Positions 36,601 to 46,563 of a stretch of 64,000 nucleotides of DNA are shown piece by piece (within the stretch, counting starts at the first letter, position 1; each line of letters starts with the position of its first letter). Both the position numbers and the translations under genes were made by a program. The notes under the pieces are model-generated. The model worked only from the letters and a program-made list of their open reading frames with translations, was not told the origin of the DNA and ran no database searches. This DNA comes from Stylophora pistillata (taxonomy: Eukaryota): the NCBI RefSeq assembly GCF_002571385.2, contig NW_019218153.1, positions 70,907 to 134,906 of the forward strand. Reading direction: 5' to 3'.

Positions 36601-39600
36601 AATTCCCAACTATAGCAAAAGTCAACAGCGAAACTTGAACAAAACGTCGCACGAAAGAAACCACCTAACAATCTCATTAAAACTCAAACTGATTAGTCAA
36701 ACGGCACCAACATTTTTGGCGAGTCACCGAGGCAGTAAAGGAAAACCAACGACATTCCGGATCACTTCTGACAAACGTCTCCCATTCAATGGGTTAGCCC
36801 ATTCAATATTTCTGTTTTTAGTGATCGTGCATTGCATATTCGCACCATGTAGCTACCTTTCCGTCTATCAAACTTAAGTTTTGAAGTTATTCGCCTGCAG
36901 TCTGATTCAATCTCCTCGATCCATATTCATTCCCCTTCCCTTTTGATTTATCCTTAATTTTATGGTACTCATCACTTCTGTCAAATATTTTTATACCGGA
37001 ATTAATCTATCTAAAGGCGATTCTCTGTGACGGTATGATTGTTTCTTAAATGTAACGTAGTTGCTTTTAAACCTACCTTTCGTGACGTGGATTATAATGA
37101 CGGCCAACGATATGACTGACCAGGAGCCCCATTTCTCGAATGTCCCGGTGAATTAACGGGCCCGAAGCTATATTTTAGAATCAGAATTTGATTTAAAGAA
37201 TAGAGAAGCATATTGTGGCTTCCTGACCAGTCCATTTTGTTTCTTTAGCTGAAAGTTTTACTGAACAATTTTCAAAACTTTTTAAACCTTCATCTCGAAT
37301 GAAACCAGAACAGCTTTACAGGCCCGACGAGTTACCGGGACGCTCAAGAAAGGGGGCCCAGAAAAGAAAAGAATTGAAGTGTTACCTTGATCACCATTCC
37401 CAGTGGTTTTCCCAACAAACTGATTCCCACTCATTAAGACAACGCAGCCCTCCGGAACGTGGATGGATGCCTGCCATGTTGACATGGCAACAGGAGGCTC
37501 CTGACATGGCATCAGAGAACGATTGTTGATGTAAGCACCGGGCGAGAATACAGAGGGCCTAGTGCAGAGGGAAAATAACACAAGTTCAATTCATTCAATC
37601 TCCTTGAAAAATTCCTGGCTGTTTTACATTTTTTCACAAGATAACAAGGAGTATATGGCGTTATATCAAGACAGGATTCCACCATCTAACTGACCACGTT
37701 GTCTTCTCTGATCAATTGTTCTCTAGATAATGAATTGATCTCATAAGGAGAGGTTACAAATTCTGAATCAGGTCCAGGTTCACGCCTTACTTACTTGCCA
37801 TCTTGATCAGTAGCCCAAGTCAATGACGATCCTTCTGGACTGGTGTGGTATTTAATCCACACACATCTTGGCCACGCCTTGCCAGTTGCTTCAGGTTTCG
37901 AAATCTGTACAAACCAACCATACACTGAATACGACAGGCCCTTAAACGGCAAAGGCGTATGGGATTTGTCGCCAACAATGTTCCCTAAGAAGCCGAGTTG
38001 TACCTCTGAAAAAGACATTTCGGGTGTCAAAAGGCCGCTTTGTTTCTGTCCGCAAAATGTTACCTGGAAATCATCTGGAAGAACAACTTCGCTCACAGAT
38101 TCAATGCTCACCAAGGTACTGTCCAACGTCATTTGAAATTGCTTTTTCGTGACCTCCTCGTTGCGAGGTTCAAGAAATAGCACTATGTTTCCTTTCATAC
38201 TTTTTTCATTGAATTCGACAGACAAGTCAAGAATGTAGTGATACACGAGAACTTCGTCGACGTTTGCCATTAACGGCAGATCGTCGCTTTTATCCCATTT
38301 ACAGCTAATAAATCTTTCATCGTTCCTCCTTCCTTTACAATCAGAATCAGATTCGCTTTTTGTTCTCTTAGTTAGATTTTGAGGTACGTCGCAAACGAAA
38401 TCAGTCAATAGAGGCCTCTTCCCCCCACAACTGCCTTTTCTATCTGCTTTTTCACCAACATTAGTGGCATCATCAGTTTCGACTTCTTTGCACTCCACCT
38501 CATGGTTTCCTTTACAATAATCCGTAAAATTCTGAAGCCATGATTGGAATGACATCTTCATTTGCACTCCATTCGGCAGAGTGCAGGAACTTGTGTCACT
38601 TACGGTTACCGCTGACCTAATCCTATCCTTTTTCTTGTTTTTCTTCTTTTTATCCTTCTTCTTCTTCCTCTTTTCCAGAACTGCATGTTTATCTGCCCCA
38701 CATTTTCCAGGAGACGAGGGAGGAATCGTGGGTGCATTTTCATCCACTATAGTTTCCCCTGAGGTTCCTTCTACCATTGACGTGCTCATGTTCGTAGCAT
38801 CAAAGCTACTAATCGACGATAAATGCTCAGGACGAGGCCCATCCTCAGCTCGGTACATTGTAACTTCTGCATCCTGGGACCCCTCCCCTAGGTTTGCGTC
38901 TGCCCTAACCGGCACAATGGCTGGACTCAGTTTGTTGCAGCATATCACACCTTCCGAATCCTTACGCAAGACATCTTCATAGTTTGTCAGTTCCATTTCT
39001 CCTTTTTCCTCTGTTAAACTCTTACCCTCCCACTCTTGGGTCACGCACGGGTTAGGGCTAACAGCTGTACATGGATCCTTACGAACCATGGATCCTTTTT
39101 CCTTGTGACACAAACCATTGTCTGCTTCTTCAAAAAGCCGAGATTCATCACCAATCGGCTTCATTTCACTTTCGTTCCTCTGTACCGAGACTGTGCTCAT
39201 CCCATCTGAGCCACCGTCCACGAATGGCTCCTGCTGAAAAGGTGCTCCATCTGCCTCCTTCACACACCTGCTTCTCTCCTGACTGTATTCTTCCTCCTCC
39301 TTGAACCCCGCTTCCTCCTCCTTGAACCCCGCTTCCTCCTCCTTGAACCCCGCTTCTTCCTTCTTGAACCCCGCTTCCTCCTCCTTGAACCCCGCATCCT
39401 CCTTGTGTACGGTCGCAGATAAACTGAAAATTGAAGGTGAATTCTCCAAACACGTCGCGCCACATGGTTCCTCAACAAGCCTTTGCTTGTCATGATCTGT
39501 CTTAAAGTTGCCATCTTTTTCCTTTGATGATACTGAATTTTTTCCCAGTGGATAAGTTGCTAACAAATAGTTTGAGGCTGACGATGGAATGCTTTGACTC

Positions 39601-42600
39601 ATGACATCGTCAAGCTCATTTCCTTCAGTAATGGTAATGTTTTCAAGCGAAGACTTATCGCTGTTGTTGAACACTTCCTCAGCTAACGCCTTAGCGCATG
39701 TCACAATGTTAGAACCAGAGCTACATGCATGTACAGCTTTATCTTCAGTTCTCTCTGCACTGGAAGTTGTGGGTGTCTCGCACTGCCACATTTTACGGCC
39801 TTGCTCCTTTCTTACTGTAGTGGGCAGAGTGCTTGGCACATTATTCCCTAAATTGTCGTGAAACGATTGACATGCGTTTTCGTTTGTTGTAGATGTGCAT
39901 ACAATTGAAGGTAACGTTACGTGAGAGGAAGAATCTTCCTCTGGATTGCGCGCTGGGGGTTGGACGTCACTATTGGAAAGACAAGTGGAAACTCCTTTCT
40001 CGTGAACAGATTCCAACTTGTTTCCTCCACTGGAAGTCATGTGGGTAGCTTTCCCAAATGTTTCAATCGTAGATTTGGACTCTACAGGCTTTGGCGCCGC
40101 TGATAACAAATGGAGTCCACACTTTCTACCCAAGCCTGACAAAACGTAGCAAGTCTCCATGTACACTTCTTCCAACGTCCACGATGATAAACCATGTCCA
40201 ACTGGCTTTTTACTGTAAACAGCTAGAAAAGGACAAAGACATACATTATTAACACATGGCAGAAGTCCGAATTCTGTGACAAGGGCCGAAGTCAAAATCG
40301 AGTTCATGAAGTGTTTTTCTGATGCAAAAGCATCTGTTACTAGTTTCATAAGCACCAGCTTCTTTCATACAACAAAAAAGGAAATACCAGTCTTAATAAC
40401 GCCAATTAATTTCATCTTCGCCTTACTTTCGTACATAACCTTACATAGATTAAAACTGGAAAGAAAGCAACCCGTAAAATGGAAGTTGATGCCGTCGGAA
40501 GAGATTCTCGTCCCTTTAGAGTACTTGTTTCCGCAGGCTACTGTTACTTTTTACGTCGGTTGGTCACAAAAAATATTTTAAAAAAACTTTAAGGCTTCGT
40601 TATATTCTTTCTTTTTCTTTCTCGTATCTTTACTCGGGGTGCTTTCATAATTAATGATGGGGGGGGGGGGGTGGTTACTTTAGTTCTGATTTCACGACCC
40701 TGAATTAAAATGGTTACTCCTTTCTCACCTGAGGGAATTCCTTTCCCAGCTAATCGGTTTCCATTCTCCCCAATGGCAAGATGAATCATGTAGAGAAGTA
40801 CTGGGAATGAGGCAGAACAGTCTGCTCTGTTGTCATCTTCTATAAGCCCAGTCACCGCAAGATGTCCGTTACCAGACGTCGTTTCGCTATTTTCCTGGAT
40901 CTCTTTGAGCTTATTTTTCATTACAAAGGCCTGCATAGCTGTAACATGTTGAAAGTGAATTCCATAACAAATATCACCTGTTCTGAGATCGTTCCACTCC
41001 TTGATAAGCTTAATAAGCTCTAAGTTCGGCCTGGAAAACATTGGTCCTATTGCTACGAAGATAACTTTGAGGTTATCATTGGGCAAATGATCTAGATAGT
41101 TCTTCAGTGACTCTTGGATGAGGCAGATTTCACCGACTTTCATGTGGAAAACCATATCCTCGAATTTAACGTCCGAAGCTTTACGCATTCGAAGATTTGC
41201 AACAATAGCGTCAGCCAAGGCAATATACGATCCAAACTGCTTAGAATTGTAAGCCTCTTGGTTTAATGCAGAAGGAAAGTCGTCCTGGACAAGAAAAATG
41301 ACCCTCATAGATGACATGACCAAACCAGGAGGAGTGACCTAGAAATGGGTTAAAAATATATGACGAAGTTATTCTTGCAAAACGAATATAGTTAAAAAGT
41401 AGGACAACAAAGGCCAACATTAACAAGCGATCACATGAAAAATGGCATTCAGAAAGATTTTAAACCCAACATTTCCACGGCCCCGGCAAAATGTAGCCGG
41501 TTTTTCAGCGAGATACAAAAAGTGGGAACGTTATTTCCCTAATCAGAATTTTCTCATTTCGTTGTTGCGTTAAAAGTCTTCTGGTGACACACGCCGCTGC
41601 CTACCAAGATTCCCTCAGAATCTGATCCGTGTAACATGGATAAATATTAGGGTTCCTAACAACAATACTGAATCAAAGATACAGCTGAATTCATCGCCAC
41701 ACCCAATCTCACAAGGTAAAAGCTCTTGCCTGCATTTCTCCATGACAAACAATCTTCCCAAACAGCAGGAAAACGCGAGAAGCCAGGGTGCGATTGTTAT
41801 TAGTTTTGCATCCAATTGGTAGAGAAAATGGCGCGAGTTTTTCTGGACTAATCACGAAGCGGAGACATGCAAAACCAACTAAAAAAAGAATATGACAACA
41901 ATGGTACATGTACCTGATCTTCTTTGCCTTCTGTTGAAAGCCTTTCCTCGACATTATCTCGGCCTAAGAACCCTAATCCCATCTCCCTTGCTAGATCTGG
42001 AAATCCCTCAGCGCATGCTCTGTTCACGGTATCCTTCAGTCTTGTACCACATGTGCCGGTCGTCTTATTGCAAACCATTGTCGAGAGCATCAAATGAAGA
42101 TCAGCAACTTGGGAACCAGTCTCGTAAACTTCTTTTGTACTACCGCAAAGAATGGAGCGAAGTCTTGTCTTCAGCCAATCAGCATCTACGGGCCAATCCT
42201 AAACAGGGAAAAAACGATTTTGCAAACCTATCGAGATTCGTAAACAATAAATACTAGTAATCTGGAAAACTTGAGGATGTTTTGGTAAGTTAAGGAGCAA
42301 TGCATCCAAGCTATCCTTTAAGATAAACTCTGGTGATTTAAATTTCTAGTCTCCAAGCATAAAGGCTGGGACTCATAAGGAATAAAGCAACTAATCTCAA
42401 ACAAACCCCATGCGTACTGTGTTGGAAAGATTTTTCTGGGACACATTTTAACATAGAAAACATTGAACAAATTTAGTAAACCAGGGTTGAATGTGTCCAT
42501 ACTGTTGGGGAGGTTGAAAGCTCTGTTAAAAGAACAAAGATTTTTTTCTCCATGTCACATAAAGGAAATTTCTGCATCAACTAGTCACCATGAGGAGATG

Positions 42601-45600
42601 AATGATCTTTATCCAGTGTTTCCCTCCTTTAATTATCAACAAGAAACTTACCACGTGAGAGCAATCTAATTTTAATGTGAAACAAGATGAGATATGGGTA
42701 GCCATCAGAACATCTTTCAGCACTGTCTGACTAGCCATCACAAAGTCATGGAGAGAACAAAATTCCTCAAATCCACTCTCTTTTCCAATGGCAAATGGAG
42801 TGCATGAGAAAACTTGACCTTGACAACTTGAGTGACAGCTCAATACTGCGACAACTTCAACTGTGAGGAAGCAAACATAAGAAATCCAGTAACAAATTTA
42901 ACTCAAACTGCATAAAAAGCAAACATTTAGTGAAGAAGAATATATTCAAGCCTTTCCAAAGAAAATTAAATATTGTAAATGGCCAAAATTTCTTAATGAT
43001 GAAAAAATTATCATCAAATCAGGGTTGTTAGGTGTTCAATTCTAAAAGAATTGGCATGTGTGGCAATAATTGACATGAAAGGTGGTTGCGTTAAAGAGGT
43101 TAGGAACACTTATGACTGACAAATAGATTCCATGTTGTCTTGTGTCTGTCCAGTTATAGATCCCAGATGAAATGAAAATGTGGCACAAACAAAAGATAGT
43201 CCTCCAAGAGGACATGTGCTCACTGTTATTGGATGGTATACCTAGTTACATTGTGCATGTGACTGCAGAATTGTTATCAGTAAACTTGTTCACAAAATAA
43301 CATTTCCACAATGTGATGTGATCCCAGTAAAAATAAACTTCGGTTGCTAGTTCACTTTCAGTCAATCTCACTTCGGGATCCAGAAGTCTTCAGAAGTTAC
43401 AGACTATCTTTTTTACAACATGATGACATATTGTGTACTGGTCTTGTGCCAGAAAGCACAAAAAGTAGCACACAAGGTGAAGATGTGTGTGTCAATGATG
43501 TTCTTCCCACATTTTCAAGTCATTTGTTATCTGTTACTGTACAGAACCATGGCAATATGGAATTTATCTGTTAGCTGTAAGTGTTCTTTACCTCTACAAA
43601 GCAATCATCTTTCATTCATATTTCAAAAGAATTGTTAATACATTTTTTAGATTTAAATCAATTTGTTAAAACCAATCAAAATAATCCATACATGGCTTAA
43701 TAATTAATAGATACAGCTCTTTTACTTAATAGTTGATACCTGTTGGCCAGTGACTGTTCAAGAATGACAGCTTTGCAATTGACTCCATCAGTTCTTGACG
43801 ACTCACAAAGTTCTGAGTGATGACCATGCAATCATTATTGTGAGTCCCTGGGTTACAGACCAACTAATATCAATAATGCGCAGATCAATTCAAAGCTTTG
43901 ACATCCCCCCCCAACCTGGGGTCACCCACAGGCATTTGACCATTATCCCTGCCTGGGGGGGGAGAGAAATTATGCTGGTGGCTTAAATTTTAAATGAGAC
44001 AGCTCAAAGGTGGTGAATGATTGTAAGTGTGTAACCTCGGAAGTACCCATTGTGCTTTAACAAGCGATCCCTGGCCAGAAAATCCAGCCGAGGATTGCTG
44101 CTTGTTCATCCAGTGAATTTTGCTGGAAGCTGGCAATTAGCAACAACCCTGATTCCCTTCTTGCCTGATTATTTACCTCCAAGTGGCCATGGTTGAAGTT
44201 CAACATGCTACTCACTAGTTCACAAAATGTCTCATTATTAACCATTAAAAGTGTCCAATAATGAACAAGAATCAAAACATGGACATCGCATTTGTATAAA
44301 TTATTTTGGTGAAACTATAGAATAAACCCCCAATTGTGGACTTAATATATAACACTTCACCAAGATCATGGCATTTCATACCTTCAGCCCTAAGAGCAGC
44401 TTTCAGAAACAAGGAAATCCAATCCCCAAACTGAGATTGTGGGTCTTTTAAATTAAACACAGCAAGAACCTAGAGATATATCCAAAGATAAGCTATTCCA
44501 TGATAAAGATATGAAAATTAGTTTGAGCACATTGTATCAAAAAAAAACAAACAAACAAACTAATGAATGAAAGGTATTTAAATTTGTTCTAATCATATCA
44601 CTTGTGATCTACACACATTACTGATTAGAACTAATGAGTAGTCATCTGTTTCCTGGATAACATATTATTTTGTTTCTAACACATCTTAGCGGGCCAAAAT
44701 CTTAAATCCTCAAATTTGACTGGCCAATTGTGTGATCAGACCTAATCTAGCTCTTTGTAATAAAACCCCCAATCCTTTTTGGTCACTCCGAGGAGTTCAG
44801 TGGCTAGAGGGTTAAATTTTGTAAACTAATAGCAGGACAGTGAGAATTGGGGAGTGAACTGATGATATTTAGCATTTAGGTATTTATTTATATACTATAA
44901 TTCACAAAGGTTTCTCATCACTGTGAATTTGCATGTGAAAAACTAAAAACTACAAGAAATAAACAGTGCTATAACGTTGCAAGGAGAAATAAGTAAATGC
45001 ATGAATAATAATAATAATGACAATAATAATAAATATACAAAATCACTGGAGGGAACTAAGATAATTTGTTATAGTAGATTTAAAATCGTCCACAGATGGC
45101 TGGTCTAACAAAAAAGAAGGTAGTGTGTTCCATTCTTTTATAGTTCTGGTAAAGAAGTTATAGACATTACTGTTACTGCCAATGTTAATGAATTTACTGC
45201 TATGGTAGGAGTGTGTAACACGTGTGGGCCACGCTATGTACTTTGGGATATTGACCGCAATTTTTTTCTTCACTATCTTGTACATGGTAGTAAGTCTCGC
45301 AATTTTGGTAAAACATTTTTCTTAACTGCAGCCACACCTTTCTGACTCCATTGGGTAACCATTGCCTCTCAATAAAATCCTTGCTATCAACAAGATGAGA
45401 GTTGCTGAACGGATCATCAGTTCCAGAATCCCTTTCTTTCATGTAATGATGAACTTCTTTGCCCACATGTCTTTCTAGAAATTTTACGTTCTTTATGGTG
45501 TTGAGGAGCCAACAAGGTTTCCCTAGAAGATCAATGGTTAAAATTTTAGGTTAAGTGGTTTTAACTTTGATAGAAACAAATAGAATTCTATCCAAGATGG

Positions 45601-46488
45601 TCTATAGATTTCATTCTAGAATCTTAATGGATTCATCTATCTTTTTATACCCCTTCCCTAGAAACCTTTAAAAGGTGTTCACCTCAGTGGGTAATGTAGT
45701 CTGTTTTGGACAATATAATTTGGATATATCAACAAAGTTGAAATGTTAAATTAGCCACCGTAATGATTACAAAAGCTGACGTTTCGAGCGTTAGCCCTTC
45801 GTCGGAGCAAGGGCTAACACTCGAAACGTCAGCTTTTGTAATCATTACGGTGGCTAATTTACCATTTCAACTTTGTTGATATATCCAAATTATTTCGTTA
45901 CTCCCACCGACACAGCCCCAAACAGTTTCTTTCGAAACTATCAGCCTTTATTCATTTGTGTTTTGGACAATACCTTGTAAAGCTTCTGAATGCTGCTTGC
46001 ATTGTGGAAAGTCGCATCTTATGTATCTTGTGTCTGGAGATGTGTCAAAAGCAAAAACAGTACTGGAGAACCGCGTCAGAAGTTCTTGAGTCTACAGGAC
46101 AACATACAGAAAATTAAACACAAATAATTACCAGGACAAGAAAATGAATGAATCTGAATCACGCAGACAAACAAAAAATGATATGTCTGCTATTATGCAT
46201 AACGAAACGTTCAGATTTCGCTCTGTAGATGACCAGCTATCGTTCTCTACATGCAAATGCCACGGCAGCTGTACCTCAAAGTCACATCACACCTTGATGC
46301 ACTTTAACTTGTGCTTGGTGTTCTCAACAAATTTCATTGATTGGAATTTGACACGTTGATTTTCATTCAATAAAAGATTCAAGTTAGAAGTTACAACTCT
46401 CCATGGACTAAAAAATAAACACGGGAATCCTTACCTTCGTAGCATTGCCGTTATCTTCTCCTTTTGATCTTACTGTTTGGTCCGCCAT
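27689..46488 (-). CDS. AOPEP: Aminopeptidase O (M1 family) with ~1200-aa N-terminal extension, ~1901 aa, 24 exons: 46488-46435, 46091-45974, 45522-45338, 44469-44382, 43847-43740, 42860-42652, 42198-41914, 41338-40729, 40222-37795, 37558-37386, 36464-36167, 36063-35877, 35189-35083, 34562-34540, 34379-34252, 33779-33672, 32999-32956, 32854-32800, 31834-31775, 31659-31576, 31340-31224, 30877-30840, 30433-30385, 27838-27689
   Basis: AOPEP signatures DDLPLMAN..LVYHYILDL, INNRSLMPCQEPPVAMSTWQA, HEISHAWFG...EEWLSEGFAT (HEXXH-X18-E), QVHYLKGYFLL, RHRWCELVVKH, GMGIYLFGELI. Exons total 5706 nt with consistent phases. The AOPEP half is very secure; the first 8 exons are predicted from splice signals and frame continuity only. 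Confidence 0.85.
28515..29743 (-). mobile_element. 5'-truncated L2-type LINE (RT C-terminal half) in the last AOPEP intron
   Basis: GSVLGPILY, FYADDTQL, KLKLNGDK, ARNLGVVFD, LHWLPVEHRIAFK, GDRAFAVAAPRLWNALP; (TTA)n-like 3' tail near 28515-28537. Confidence 0.9.
28735..28869 (+). mobile_element. Short SINE-like 3' fragment inserted in the L2, with 12-bp TSD
   Basis: AAAAACCAGGCT at 28723-28734 and 28870-28881. Related sequence at 29810-29952 and 31873-31912. Confidence 0.8.
29773..30175. mobile_element. Penelope-like terminal remnant with inverted arm and hammerhead-like motif, interrupted by a fold-back SINE-like insert
   Basis: Arm GTAATTTGGTAATATCAACTAAGTTGAAATT is inverted relative to 30086-30117. 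CTGAAGAAGGGCTAGCGCTCGAAACATCAGC at 30026-30056. Near-TSD TTGATCT(G/A)TTT. Inner insert flanked by AAGTTGAAATT (29783-29793, 29954-29964). Confidence 0.7.
33462..33645. repeat. Representative of abundant ~200-bp TTAA-CCCTT (piggyBac-like) MITE families; further copies near 15575, 16660, 17425, 18810, 22580, 47250, 49555, 50890, 51962, 63740
   Basis: Recurrent TTAACCCTT...ATATTCTCTATACTGTTCTCTATACATTTC...GGAGAATTTG...AAGGGTTAA-like sequences in introns of all the multi-exon genes. Confidence 0.75.
39290..39404 (-). repeat. Coding 21-bp minisatellite, ~5.5 units, encoding (EEAGFKE)n in the AOPEP linker
   Basis: TTGAACCCCGC recurs at 39301, 39322, 39343, 39364 and 39385. Confidence 0.95.
45005..45310 (-). 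mobile_element. LINE (CR1/L2-group) 3'-end fragment
   Basis: RLTTMYKIV...TRVTHSYHS...FFTRTIKEWNTLP...DDFKS followed by a (TTA)n tail. Confidence 0.75.
45716..45958. mobile_element. Penelope-like insertion: inverted terminal fragments with hammerhead-like motif, 14-bp TSD
   Basis: ~85-bp inverted arms (45715-45799 / 45809-45893) containing AAGGGCTAACGCTCGAAACGTCAGC. TSD TGTTTTGGACAATA at 45702-45715 and 45959-45972. Confidence 0.85.
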
Positions 46489-46563
46489 CTTGGACCATGT
46501 TGGTGCCCGCAGCAGCACGATGTCTTCCAGCGGTATTTCCATGACGGCAATTTTCAAAACAAA
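46489..46563. promoter_or_regulatory. 75-bp bidirectional promoter between AOPEP and ZMYND10 with an X-box-like (RFX) site
   Basis: Divergent AAGATGGCG / AAAATGGCG starts. GCCGTC-AT-GGAAAT on the minus strand at 46535-46548 has one mismatch to the X-box consensus. Confidence 0.6.

Noticed and set aside
27689-37500. Intronic miR-23b/27b/24 cluster as in vertebrate AOPEP
   Set aside because: No recognisable match; the intronic hairpins seen are explained by transposon remnants.
39290-39404. CRISPR-like array
   Set aside because: Head-to-tail 21-bp units without unique spacers, inside a eukaryotic exon.
40223-40355. Start of the 854-aa ORF as a stand-alone gene start
   Set aside because: Non-ATG start in intron-like sequence; a good acceptor at 40223 joins the upstream exon in phase.
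44035-44275. Extra AOPEP exon in ORF 44057-44275
   Set aside because: Stop codon in the required phase; the model is in frame without it.
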